DNA from: an uncultured Planctomycetaceae bacterium
GTDB lineage: Bacteria; Planctomycetota; Planctomycetia; Planctomycetales; Planctomycetaceae
DNA: 64,000 nucleotides
Assembly: GCA_963815195.1 (NCBI GenBank)
Contig: CAWFGE010000018.1
Coordinates: 96,001 to 160,000 of the forward strand
Direction of reading: 5' to 3'
The position numbers and the translations under genes are program-made. This document shows, piece by piece, positions 1 through 11,100 of the stretch. The notes beneath the pieces are model-generated. The model was given only the letters and a program-made list of their open reading frames with translations. It made no database searches and had not been told where the DNA came from. Numbering within the stretch: the stretch's first letter is position 1; every line of letters starts with the position of its first letter.

Positions 1-124
1 GGTCGTGTCGAGTCCGGTTTCGACGTCTTCGGCAGATTGCCCCCAGCGATCGAGGATGCCTTCGCTGGTGAGCGAAGTAGGGCCTAATCCACCCACCCTA
101 AATTTGATTTGATTAATCATCCTC

Positions 125-2251
125 ATGAGCATCGTCGTTCCTGAATCCAAGCTCCCCCAAGAACTCACGACCGATCAGGCGGTGGAGGCGGCTTATGCTT
201 GCGAGCTCGCGGATGTGACGGGCGACCTTGTGCGGGGGCTCCCCGTGTTGGTGGAATGCGACAAGGATTTGGTGCCTTGGCTGTTTATCAATGTCCGCGG
301 GCGGCTCAAGCAGCATGAGCTTCGCAGCTTGTTTCTGGACGGCCGGCCGGGGCCGGACGATCAGGGCGGCGGCATGGGGCCGCCGACGTTTGTCGGGGTG
401 ATGCTCTCCCAACTGCGGGCGGCGGTCCGCGGGGCGGTGGAGAAGCGCGTGGTCGTGTTGCCGCATTTGGATTTGCTCACCACCAGCCAGGGCGGACTCA
501 CCGCGGAGGCCCGCGAAGTCATTCCGCTGCTTTATGAAAACCCGGAACTGGTTTGGCTGGGGTTTAAGGATCCCTCCTTCCCGCTGCCCCGCGTCATCGA
601 AAACCTGTTCCCCCGGCGGTATAGCCTGTTGGGGATCGCCCGGGATCGGCTGTCCCATCTCGTCACGCAAAAGGAAGCCCGCAAGTTCGGGCGGGATTTT
701 AATCCCTGGGCTTTGTACAAGCACGTCTCCGGCATGAATGCCGCCCGACTGCGAAAACTGCTCTCCACCTTGGAGGGCGAAGACTATCCCGCCAACCCCC
801 GCCGGGCCGTCGCCCAAATTCGCCAGGCCACCTTGGGCGGGCAGTTGGAGGTGCCCAACGTCGATCTGGAAACCGACATCGGCGGCTATCCGAAAGTCAA
901 ACAACGCCTGCGGGCCGAGATTCTCGATGTGCTCGCCGCCAAGGACCAGGCCAGCGATCCCGCCGAGATCACCCGCATGGAAAAACTCATTCCCCGCGGC
1001 ATGATCTTTTGGGGACCGCCGGGCACGGGGAAAACGCTGTTCGCCAAAGGCATGGCGACCGCGCTCGGGGCGGCCATCACGATTGTTTCGGGACCGGAAC
1101 TCAAAAGCCGCTGGGTCGGCGAGAGCGAAGAAAACCTGCGGCTGATTTTCCACCGCGCCCGGCAGTCGGCTCCTGCGATCATCGTGTTCGACGAATTGGA
1201 TTCCTTCGCCTCCGCCCGCGGGACCTACACTGGTTCCGGCGTCGAGCATTCGATGGTCAACCAGATGCTCACCGAGATGGACGGCTTTCATTCGGACGAG
1301 TTGGTGTTTGTCGTGGGCACGACGAACTTTGTGGAAAGCCTCGATCCGGCGCTGTTACGGCCGGGGCGGTTTGAGTTTCATCTGCACATCCCCTATCCCG
1401 ACCGTGACGACCGCCGGGAGATTTTGAAGATTTACGATGCCGCGATGGACCTGGGCATGGACGAGGAGACGCTGGAATACGCCGTCAAACGCAGCGGCGA
1501 ATATGTCGAAGGGGCGGTGTTGGGCACGCGGTTCAGCGGCGACCACATCAATGCTCTCTGCCGGGCTTTGGCGCGGATTCGGCTCCGCGAAAAAATCGAG
1601 CGCCCCACCACGTCCGAGGACATCGAACGCGCTCTGACCGAGTGGATCGACCGCCCGAAGATGACGCCCAAGGAGCAGCACGTCGTCGCCACGCACGAAG
1701 CCGGGCATGCGGTGTGCGCGCTGTTCTGCGAGCACGCCACGCCGATCGAGCGGATTTCCATCCAAGGCGACGCGGCCGGGGCTTTGGGGTTTGTGCAATA
1801 TCAGGACCCGGCCCATAAATACGTCGTCACCCGCGGGCAGTTGCTCGATGATTTGTGCATCCTGATGGGCGGCCGCGAAGCCGAGCAATTGTTGCTCGAT
1901 GATCTTTCGATCGGTTCCGCCGATGATCTCCGCCGGGCCACGAACATTGCCCGGGCCTTGGTGGAAGAGTTCGGCATGGGCGGCGATGCGGTGGGTGTCT
2001 GCCGCTACGAAGCCGACGACGACCGCCAACCGGGACGCTTTCGCCAACTCTCGCCCGCGCAATTGGAACATCTCGACCGCCGGGTGCGGGAACTTTTAGA
2101 AGAAGCCCGCAACCGAGCCGCGGCCATTCTCGCGGAGAACCAAACCCTCGTGGAAACGCTGCGGGATCTGCTCATCGACCGCAAAGTCATCGACGCAAAG
2201 TCCCTCAGCAGCCTCACGGGCAAACCGGTCGGGCAAGAGAGTTCACAATGA
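125..2251 (+). CDS. Soluble FtsH-like AAA+ ATPase / peptidase M41 (no TM anchor; N-terminal degenerate AAA-like region)
   Basis: Walker A GPPGTGKT, Walker B IIVFDELD, SRH LDPALLRPGRF, zinc motif HEAGH, M41-type GGREAEQ and GSADDLRRAT; no hydrophobic N-terminal helices. Confidence 0.9.
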   Translation: MSIVVPESKLPQELTTDQAVEAAYACELADVTGDLVRGLPVLVECDKDLVPWLFINVRGRLKQHELRSLFLDGRPGPDDQGGGMGPPTFVGVMLSQLRAAVRGAVEKRVVVLPHLDLLTTSQGGLTAEAREVIPLLYENPELVWLGFKDPSFPLPRVIENLFPRRYSLLGIARDRLSHLVTQKEARKFGRDFNPWALYKHVSGMNAARLRKLLSTLEGEDYPANPRRAVAQIRQATLGGQLEVPNVDLETDIGGYPKVKQRLRAEILDVLAAKDQASDPAEITRMEKLIPRGMIFWGPPGTGKTLFAKGMATALGAAITIVSGPELKSRWVGESEENLRLIFHRARQSAPAIIVFDELDSFASARGTYTGSGVEHSMVNQMLTEMDGFHSDELVFVVGTTNFVESLDPALLRPGRFEFHLHIPYPDRDDRREILKIYDAAMDLGMDEETLEYAVKRSGEYVEGAVLGTRFSGDHINALCRALARIRLREKIERPTTSEDIERALTEWIDRPKMTPKEQHVVATHEAGHAVCALFCEHATPIERISIQGDAAGALGFVQYQDPAHKYVVTRGQLLDDLCILMGGREAEQLLLDDLSIGSADDLRRATNIARALVEEFGMGGDAVGVCRYEADDDRQPGRFRQLSPAQLEHLDRRVRELLEEARNRAAAILAENQTLVETLRDLLIDRKVIDAKSLSSLTGKPVGQESSQ

Positions 2252-2256
2252 AAGGA

Positions 2257-2844
2257 TAAACCACGAAGACACGAAGGAGACATTGACCGCTGTCTCGCAA
2301 ATCCCGCCGCTTGTTGTCGGCGTCTGTCTCTATGTCTTGTTTTCTGGGAGAGTCTGGTGGCAACATTCAAACGGCTCGATCCGAAGACGGAAGAGATCGC
2401 ATCGGCGATTGTGGATTCCGTCTATCGCGTGCATTCGACGTTAGGGCCCGGATTGCTCGAAAAATTGTATGAGGTATGTTTGTGCCATGAATTAAATCAA
2501 CAAGGCTATCAAGTTGAACGCCAACTTCCCGTGGCGATTGAATACGGCCAACTGCACTTTGACGAGGGATTTCGGATTGATCTTTTGGTCGAAGGTTGCA
2601 TCCTTTGCGAATTGAAGGCGGTCATGGAAATGCATCCTGTATTCCAGGCGCAATTAATGACGTACCTGAAGTTAACCCGGAACCGGCTGGGTTTCTTGAT
2701 CAATTTCAACGTCCCATTGATCAAGGACGGAATAAAACGAATCATTATGTAATAGACCAGCCTCGTAAAAAATCGCCAAATCCCAGGGGCACGCGGATGA
2801 GTTTTTAGCGAGCTTCTCGCCGTTCTTCGTGTCTTCGTGGTTTA
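2257..2844. repeat. Perfect 20-bp inverted repeats enclosing the GxxExxY gene
   Basis: taaaccacgaagacacgaag (2257-2276) and its exact reverse complement cttcgtgtcttcgtggttta (2825-2844). Confidence 0.9.
2357..2752 (+). CDS. GxxExxY protein (PD-(D/E)xK nuclease-like family)
   Basis: LGPGLLEKLYE signature, RIDLLVE..ELKA, QLMTYLK, GFLINF; GTG start; visibly more AT-rich than neighbours. Confidence 0.9.
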   Translation: MATFKRLDPKTEEIASAIVDSVYRVHSTLGPGLLEKLYEVCLCHELNQQGYQVERQLPVAIEYGQLHFDEGFRIDLLVEGCILCELKAVMEMHPVFQAQLMTYLKLTRNRLGFLINFNVPLIKDGIKRIIM

Positions 2845-2867
2845 AAACCTGTCAAGGAGAACTCAGC

Positions 2868-3155
2868 ATGGCTGAGATGACGATTAGTTTGCGGATCGAT
2901 CCGGTGACGAACAAGAAAGACATCGTGGTGACGCTGCGGTCCGATGAGGATGCGCTGCCTCACGAGCACGAACAGCTGCACCGCCAATTGGTGGACCGAT
3001 TGATCGAAGGCGGACTCTTGCAAGCAGGCGAGGCCGGGAATCTGGTGATCGAGCGCGAGGAAGAATCCGCCGTCCCGGAAACGCGGGCACCGGCCGAAGG
3101 CTGGTCTGGTTCGCCCGGCGAATCGGAGCGACGCTCCGCCGCGGAAGGCCAATAA
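2868..3155 (+). CDS. Small acidic protein, probable accessory component of the FtsH/MoxR operon (fvmX3-like by recollection)
   Basis: AAGGAGA RBS at 2854-2860 before ATG 2868; MAEMTISLRIDPVT...DEDALPHEHEQLHRQLV; operonic position. Confidence 0.65.
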   Translation: MAEMTISLRIDPVTNKKDIVVTLRSDEDALPHEHEQLHRQLVDRLIEGGLLQAGEAGNLVIEREEESAVPETRAPAEGWSGSPGESERRSAAEGQ

Positions 3156-3188
3156 AAAGTTCCCCAACCCACTTCACGCCTCGCCTCC

Positions 3189-6100
3189 ATGATTCTGCTG
3201 TTTCCCGATAAGTCGACGTTGAAACTCGCGCTCACGTCCGGGCTCTTGCCGGCGGCGGTGGCGTCCGCGCCCAGCGAATTTGCCACGCACGAAGACGGGC
3301 GGGTGTGGGTGAAGTCGGAATGCGAATTGGAGCAGAGCCTGCGGGAATCGCTCCAACCTCTGGGCGTCAAGTTTCGCAAAACCACGCGGGGGGCGACGTC
3401 GCCATTGCAATCGGCGCGCTGTTGGCCGCAGATGCTGCCTTTGGAAAAAACAGCGGGCGCCAACGGTCTGGGCGAACGCACGCCGGTGCTGTTTGACTTG
3501 CCGGAATCCGCGAGGCTGGCCGACGTCGTTTCCGAAATGCTCCGCCTGGGGAACGACCGCCAAAGCTTTCGGCAGCAAGAAACGCCCGACGGCGTGCGGA
3601 CGCTGCTCCAAGTCAAAGGGCCGCCTTATTACACCTTGTTGCGGGCGATCGATCACATCGATGGCCAGGCGGCGCCGCGGGCGTATGTCGAGCAGCAGCC
3701 CCGCGTGTGGGTGGAAGTGGGTTATTCGCATCCGCTCGCCGAGCAAATCCAGCCGGCCCCCGGCACGTTTTTGCTTCTCAGTTCCCCGCGGGAATGGACC
3801 CTTATCGAAGATGGCAAATTCCACGACATCTACGAAGCCCTGCGGTTTACCGTTCAGGGCGAACCGATTCGCTGGGAAGCGGGGGAACTCAAGGAGAAGC
3901 TCAAAGTCCGCCTGCGTCTCGTTCGCGGCGGCAGCGATGCCCCGGCCGAGCTTTGGGTGCTCAATGAAGCCGGCGTCTCGCAGTTGGAAGAGTTGGTTTA
4001 CGGCTCGGACGATCGGCTGATTTCGCGGCTGGCGTTTGCGGTGGGAACTTCTGAAGATTCCGAAAACAGCCGGACGGTGGTGGTCAAAGTCCGGCCGGGC
4101 AAAGAGGCTCCGCCGGTGTTGGTGTTGGACGGCGTGGCCTGCCGGAGTTATTTGCGGATCCCCAACCTGTTTGTGCCTGTGGGCTATCGCCTGCATCCGC
4201 CGCTCCGCCGGGATGCGGTGAAGCAGCTCCTGGCGGCCGATCCCAACCTCGACACCTGGCTCGTTCCAGAAGCGGGCGGTCAGTTCGTTCCCCAAAGCCT
4301 GCCCGACAGCGCGTTTCGTCCGTTGTCGGACTGGGTGGATTACGTGCTGGAGTCCGAGCAGGAACCGCTCGCGGCTTGGATGGGTTCGATGCAGTTCGAT
4401 TTCGAGTCCTTCATCTGTCCCGATGAAGGCCCCGACCGCAGCCCGCGCGCGAAGATGGAACGCCCCGAAAAAGAAATCAAAGAGCGGAAACCATCGCAGC
4501 CCAAAACTCCCCAAGCCCCGCGAACCAAACACGCGGCGGACAAGAAGCCGGAGGCTTCGGCTCCACGTGCGAACAAGCGCTCGCCGCGCTCGGCAAAAGG
4601 GGACGCCGTTCCGGTAAGTGAACTCCAGTTGAAGCTCCAAGGGCTGGAACACCGGTTTCGCGAGTTGTCCCTGCCGGCGGATGATCCGGAACGGCTCGCT
4701 TTGTGGCGGGAGTTGGCGGAAACGCACATGGCGCTCGGCGGGCAGCAAAAAGCCGAGGGCGGCGTGTGCTACGTCCACGGGCTTTGGGAACAGCCCGACA
4801 TCCCGCCGGATTGGGTGGAGGACTGGTTCGCCGCCGAGGTCGACGGGCGGAACATCGAGCCGATGGCGGGCGAGGAATTCTCGTCGGCAGTCGAAGCCGA
4901 GAAACCCACGCCCCAGCAGCTCAATCAGATCACGGTGCACCTCATTGCCGCCGCCTTTGGGGAGCACGTTTCGCCGGACCCGGCCCTGATCCAAAAACAT
5001 CTCGGCCGGGTGCAGAAGCTGCTCAAGATGTATGACGCGTTTCTGCCCATCCGCACCGTCTGGCTCGCGTGGCTCGCGTGCGTGAAACTGGCCCACAACG
5101 ATGTGCTGCTTCTGGCCCGCGTCCGCGATCGGCTGTTGGAACGGCTCTATCAATACGGCCTGAGTGCGGAACTCGATCTGCCGGGCTTCCTGCGGTCGTC
5201 GGGCCGGCGGACCGGCGAACGCTACCGCAAAATTCAGGAAGACCTCCTCGCCCTCCGCCCGCGGGTGCAGGCTTGGATCAAGCGGGAACTCGAATCGACG
5301 AGCAGCACCGGCCGGGGACAAACCGCCGCTTATGCCGACTTGATCCTGGCCTATGGATATTCCCGCGTCGGCCTGGCGGAAGAATGCGGGCGGCTGTTGG
5401 AAGAGACGCAGGAACGGCTGTCGCGGCCGAACGTCAAGCACCCGGTGCACGATTGGCTGCGGGAGGCGTTTCGCTACCGCATCACGCAGTCGCTCCAGGG
5501 CAAAAGCCGGGCCGGGGCCTTGCCCGATGAGTTGATGAAGGTGCTCATCGAAAAGCAGATCGAGCCCGGGCTTGTGTTTATTATCGATTCCCTCCGCGGC
5601 AAATCGCGGGTCCTGCAACCTTATGAGCAAATCGGCGGGCACACGCGGTTCCTCGCCAGCCTGAACGACAGCAACAAAAGCCTGGCGTCCGAAGTCGAGC
5701 ACCTCTCGGACATCGACAACCGCGTGGAACTTGCCGAGCGGATTCGCGATCTGCTCGAGCAACATGGCGGAGACCAACCCCTCGCGGAACCGAAATCGAA
5801 CGTGCCCCTGTCCCGCGGATTGGCATCCACCGATTCGGAAAACCATCAGGTGCTGCTCACGGCGGTGCTGCCGTTTGCCCCAAGGCTCGGCGAAAACCAC
5901 GCGAACGAGCTCTTAAACGAAGTCGCGGGCACGCTCGAGCGATTGTCCGATCCCCGCCGGCAAGCGATCCTCCTCGATAAGAGCCTGTTTGTCGCGGCCC
6001 ACTTCGGGCATTCCGTCCATGTCCGGCAGCTCGTGGAACAACTCGACGCGTTGTTTGAATCCGCCAGCGCGCCGAGACGGCCCGCGTGTTCGGGGAACTC

Positions 6101-6727
6101 TTGGGCCAATCCTTTCGCGGGCTTCGCAAACTCGGCATGCGGGGCGAGATCTCTAAACTCCTCGAGCACATCGACCGGCTCCTCGCGGCGGGGCGGTTTG
6201 AACCCGCTCAACAAGAATCGAGCGCCGGCAAAAAGCCCAAATCAATCCGGCCCTCCAAAGAACGCGAGAACGCCTCGCTCGCCAGTCGCGCGGCATCGAT
6301 GATGCTCCGCATGAACCTGGCCGCGGGCTGGTTTTTCTTTGGGAACTCCGAACGGGCGAACGCGATCGTCGAGGAGGTGGCGAAGTTTCTTTACGAAGAA
6401 CACAGCCTGCCGCCGCACCTCCGCCGGCTGCTCGCGCGGCAATATGCCTCCGTGCTCGAGCACGCTCCGATCGACGTGGCGATTCCCCGGCTCAATGAGG
6501 TTTTCGAAAAGCTCGCGAGCATCACCAAAGGCATCGGGGCGGGCATTCAAGATCAATACTATGCCCAAGAGCCGTTGGAAGTTGTGGAATCCGCGGTACT
6601 TGCGTTGGTGAGCGATGAGTTTACACTGGATCCTAAAGCTCGAAAGCTGATGGATGAATATGAATTCTCCATCCGCCGCAGAATCCACCACGACATGGAA
6701 CACGCCCGCCACGAAGCCGGTCTATAG
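3189..6727 (+). CDS. Large (~1180 aa) uncharacterised protein of the FtsH/MoxR operon (fvmX7-like by recollection); frameshifted near 6070
   Basis: ORF 3189-6302 becomes unnatural after ..LFESAS; the overlapping frame (6086-6727) continues AETARVFGELLGQSFRGLRKLG to a stop at 6727; alpha-helical C-terminal half. Confidence 0.7.
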
Positions 6728-6827
6728 GCAAATTTAGGAAACACTCATCGACGCGAATCAAGCTGAGTTTTAGTGCGGCACGTGAAAAATTGCTGCCGCC
6801 GCTTCGCGGCTATTACCGTCTTAATAA

Positions 6828-7892
6828 ATGAGAATAGCAGTCGAGAACTTTATGAATACAACAACCCTATCACCATCCGCCTCTCGCTTGCTGGAAGACT
6901 GGTCCTTTGAGGACCTGAAGGACGAAGCGGACGAGATTCGCCAGCGATTGAACCGGTTTCGCACCTCCGTCAGCCGGTTTTTCGTCAAGAAGCAAGAGCT
7001 GGTCGATTTGATGCTCATCGCGGCGGTCGCCCAGGAACCGCTGCTACTGGTCGGACCGCCCGGAACGGCCAAGTCGGATTTGATCCTCAAGTTCAAAGAT
7101 GCTTTAGGCGTTCCGGACGAAGACTATTTCGAGTATATGCTCACGCGGTTTACCGAACCGTCGGAAGTCGTGGGGCCGATCGACATCAACCAGCTCCGCG
7201 AAGGCCGCTATATCCGCCGGGAGCAGGGGAAACTACCGACGGCGCGGGTCGCGTTTCTGGATGAGATCTTCAAATCGAACTCCGCGATCTTAAACATCCT
7301 GCTGACGATCATCAACGAGAAGAAGTTCTATCAAGACGGCCGGCCGCAGCCCGTGCGGCTGAGGATCTTGTTCGCTGCGACGAATGAAGTTCCCGAGCAC
7401 GGCGAACTCGCCGCGCTCAAGGACCGGTTTGTGTTGAAGGCCGAGAGTCTGTCGGTCGCCGACGATTATTTCTCCGAACTCATCGACAGGGGCCTCGAGG
7501 CGGAGGTCTATCGCAACTTGAACCAGAAGCCTTGGATGGAAGGCCACGCCTCGCTCGATGATGTGCTCAAGGCCGGGCGATATATGACCTATCTGTTCGG
7601 GCAAAAGCAGAACGTCGGCTCTCATAACGAGCAAACCGACCGCAAGCTATTTTTTCCCGATGAGATTTTCCGCGAATTTCAAAGGCTGGTGAAGACGCTG
7701 GTCCGCGAGCATCGCATTTTTGTGAGCGACCGCAAGCTGGTGAAGCTGTATAAGCTCATGCGGATCCGGGCCTGGCTGTTCTCCGGCGGCACGGTCACCC
7801 GCGACGACTTGAAGCTCCTCACCTATCTCGGCGAAACGCACCAGGAGATGGCGCTGTTAAGAGAGCAGGTTCCGATCCTGCTCGGGGAATAA
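6828..7892 (+). CDS. MoxR/RavA-family AAA+ ATPase
   Basis: Walker A GPPGTAKS, YMLTRFTEPSEVVGP, Walker B FLDEIFKSNSAILN, AATNE, ALKDRF; alternative start 6852. Confidence 0.9.
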   Translation: MRIAVENFMNTTTLSPSASRLLEDWSFEDLKDEADEIRQRLNRFRTSVSRFFVKKQELVDLMLIAAVAQEPLLLVGPPGTAKSDLILKFKDALGVPDEDYFEYMLTRFTEPSEVVGPIDINQLREGRYIRREQGKLPTARVAFLDEIFKSNSAILNILLTIINEKKFYQDGRPQPVRLRILFAATNEVPEHGELAALKDRFVLKAESLSVADDYFSELIDRGLEAEVYRNLNQKPWMEGHASLDDVLKAGRYMTYLFGQKQNVGSHNEQTDRKLFFPDEIFREFQRLVKTLVREHRIFVSDRKLVKLYKLMRIRAWLFSGGTVTRDDLKLLTYLGETHQEMALLREQVPILLGE

Positions 7893-7921
7893 GGACCATT
7901 CGAGAAATAACTGTCCAATTC

Positions 7922-8001
7922 TCAGCCGGAACGCGCTCGTGTCCGGTTCTTCCCATGAACCGGGGCGGACCACCCTGCGGGCGGTGCCCCCCGGCGGCTA
8001 A
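7922..8001. repeat. REP-like palindromic element, family A
   Basis: Reverse complement closely matches 36913-36992; internal ccggttc..gaaccgg stem; lies between convergent genes. Confidence 0.75.
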
Positions 8002-8146
8002 TAAATCGGACAATTTTTGATCGAGCGATCCTAAACTGGCCGCTTCGCGGCTAACGAATTTCCACCGACGCCGCGCGTAAGAAAGCCGGGCCGCATTGGG
8101 AAGGTTCCCAGCGCGGCCCGGCGCGATTCTGAGGAGGCAGGATGTG

Positions 8147-11100
8147 CTAGAGCGGCGAGGCGCCGATGAGGTCTTCCTCTTCCTCTTGGATGATGATCCG
8201 GGGGGTGACCATCAGCATCAGGCTTTCCGTTTCCCGGCCCACGCCGGTGTTCTTGAACAGCCGGCTGATGTAGGGGATTTTGTTGAGGATCGGGACGCCG
8301 GCCATGTTTCGGCCTTCGCGGAGTCGTTTGATGCCGCCCAGGAGGACGGTTCCGCCGTCGGGGACGCTGACGGTGGTGGTGACGTTGACGACTTCGAAGA
8401 CAGGCTGCTGAATGGTGGTGGTTCCGACCGCTCCGCCGCCACCGCCGCGATTCCCGCCGCCGCCTTGACCGCCGCCGCCTTGACCACCGCCGAAGCCGCC
8501 GCCGCCTTGACCGCCGCCGAAGCCGCCGCCGCCTTGACCGCCGCCGAAGCCGCCGCCGCCGAATTGCGAGGGGAGTCCGAGGGAGAGGGCATTGGCCGCG
8601 GGCGGACCGCCGCCGATGCCTCCGAAGCCGAAGTTTCCGCCGCCGCCGCCGAAGCCGCCGCCGCCTTGACCGCCGCCGAAGCCGCCGCCGCCTTGACCGC
8701 CGAAGCCGCCGCCGCCGCCGCCGCCGATGCCGCTGGCGTTACCGCCGAAGCCGGCCCCGCCGCCGCCGAAGCCGCCGCTGACGCCGTTGTTCGCGGCCCC
8801 GTTGGCCCCGCCGGCTCCGCCGCCGCCGCCTTGGAACGAGAAGGTAAATACGTCGGTGATGTTGGTGAAGTTGGGGATCACGGTCAGTCGGACGAACCGC
8901 CGGTCGGCCGAGATGACGGCGAGGACCTGCAGGGTGACGCCTTCCGAGAGCGTGGTGATCTGGGGCGTGAAGCCGACGGAGAAGAAGCCCACCGTCGGAA
9001 TCAAACTGGTGACGAACGGCCGCTGCGTGGTGCTTTGCACCGTGGCCGTCTGCCCGTTAAACAGCGTGACCTTGGGAGCGAACATGATGTTGGTCCGCTC
9101 GTCGGCCTGGGCCGCCTGGATGAAGAAGAAGGCTTCGATGTCCGACAGGATGGCCATCCCCACCTGGACGCCCGCGTTGGGGTTGAAGTTGCCGAAGTCG
9201 GGTACGCCCAGGTCGAACGAACCCTGTTGGAACTGCACGTCCAGGCTGGGAGTGAACTGACCGGGAGGCGCTCAGACCGACGATGGTGCCGTTCTTGGGC
9301 CAGTTGTCCAAGGCGGGCAGGTTGAGGAGTCCGGGCGGACGCAAGAACTGTGGGCCGGATCCCGCGGCCCCGCCCGCTCCGCCACCCCCGCCGATCCCGC
9401 CGACGTTCCCACCGGCCCCGCCGATGCCGCCGCCGCCGATGCCGCCGAAGCCGACGTTGCCTCCGGCGTTCCCGCCGACGTTCCCGCCGACGTTGCCGCC
9501 GACGTTCCCGCCGACGTTGCCTCCGGCGTTGCCCTGGTTTCCGAAGCCGCCCGAGATATTGCCTTGAAGGGGGGCACCGAAGGCGGGCGGAGTCTGGCCG
9601 AGCGTGTCGCCTTCCACGTTGTCTTGCACGTTGAAGTCGAAGTCGATCCCGATTCGTTCGAAGAACCGGTCGGTCACCGTGATGAACCGCACTTCAATCG
9701 TCACCTGCAAATCCTGCAGCCGGCGAAGCTGCTCGAGCAGGTCGCGGATTTCTTCGTGGACTTTCTGCGTTTGGCGAATCACGAGGCTCAGGGTGGTGTC
9801 AAAGGACCGCACCGATCCGCTGCCGCCGGCCTCGGCCCAGGTGTCCGGCTCGATCGTGCTCACGATCAGATCCGAGAGCGTATCGAAATCCACCGAGGAG
9901 CCGCCGCCGCGGAGGCTGGCTTCGAGACCGGGGGCCGCCCAGGGATTGTCGAGATTCCCCGCCCCGCCGAAGTTGTCTTGAACCTGAAACTGGGCGGCGG
10001 CCACCGGCTGCAAGCTGCCGCCGGCGGGGATGCTGAAGTTCGCCGGACCTTGCCAGGCGTTGTTCGCCGGGCCGCTGCTCGTCAGGCCGGTCCCGCCGCT
10101 GGGCTTGAAGTTGGGGATCGGCGTGACCAGGTCGGCGACCGAATAGGTCCGCACTTCCAACTTGCCCTGTTGCCGGATTTCGCTGGTGATTTTCAGCACT
10201 TCGTCTTGAATCATGTAGGACAACCGCAACGGTTCCAGAATCAAATGCAAAGCGCTCGAAAGCTTGATGCCCTCCACGTTGATCGTGATCGGCTGGTCCG
10301 GCATGATGCCTTCATCGCTGAGGCCCAGGTTGTCGACCACCACGTTAATGCCCGCCGTCGTCGCCACGTGCTGCACGACTTCGTTCAACGGCGCTTCGGA
10401 GAAGTGCAGCGAGATCGGCCGTTCCAGGCTCTTTTCGATCCTCTGCTCTTCCTCGGTCTTGGCCCGGTTGTCCGTCCCGTAGCGGCTGCGGCGAGTTTTG
10501 ATTTCCGACCAATTCTTGGGAAACTTAATGGGGCTGTCGTCGCCCACATCCACCACGACGGCCTGTTCCACATCATCCAACTGCTTCCAAAAGCTCTCTT
10601 CCTTGCGATCCTGGAGATTGTTGTTGCTGGCGTCCCGGCGGGCAAAGCGGGCCTTCCAGAACATCGTCACCGTCACCGGGTTTTCGGGATCGAGTTCCCG
10701 GGCTTTCTTGGCGACGACTTCCGCTTCCGCGTACCGGCGTTGTTTGAAGAGCTTGTTGTACTCGTCGACCATTTCCGCCAGTTCCTGCTCGATGCGGACT
10801 TCGATCTCGCGCCCGCGGCGAATGTCGTCGAGGACCTGCTTGTTTCGCTCTTCCAACTCGAGGATCGGAGCCCGCTGCTTCTGCCAGGCTTCAATTTCCC
10901 CGCGGGACAGCTTGAGCTGGTTCAAAAGCGGCGCGAGTTGCTTTTCGGTCAGATCGGAATCGCCGATATTCGCAATCGTGCGGTCGATGAGTTCGAGCGC
11001 CTCGGTCGGTTTTTTCTCCCGCAGCCGGTCGGCTTGGAAGATCGCGTTGAAGGTTTCCGAGCGAAGCTTTTCGTACTTCACGGCTTGCTGTTTTTCCACG

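Noticed and set aside
1..87. Open frame ending in TAA at 87 (GRVESGFDVF...RSRA*), possibly the tail of an upstream operon gene
   Set aside because: Only 28 codons visible and no recognisable motif
2257..2844. Classical IS element interpretation of the IR-flanked cassette
   Set aside because: No DDE, HUH or serine transposase motifs and no clear target-site duplication; kept as an atypical cassette instead
113..5900. Long antisense ORFs (113-1291, 1355-2071, 3174-5900) and similar ones elsewhere (9564-11330, 29156-31009, 33106-35133, 44904-46655, 48730-50451)
   Set aside because: Shadow ORFs typical of high-GC DNA, opposite genes with clear family motifs
6086..6727. Separate 213-aa gene; likewise 8147-9238, 43770-44348 and 50647-51708 as independent genes
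   Set aside because: Each is better explained as the frameshifted C-terminus of the preceding ORF
8096..9325. Ala-rich repeat ORF on + strand (AEAAAALT repeats)
   Set aside because: Antisense reading of the Gly-rich secretin insert
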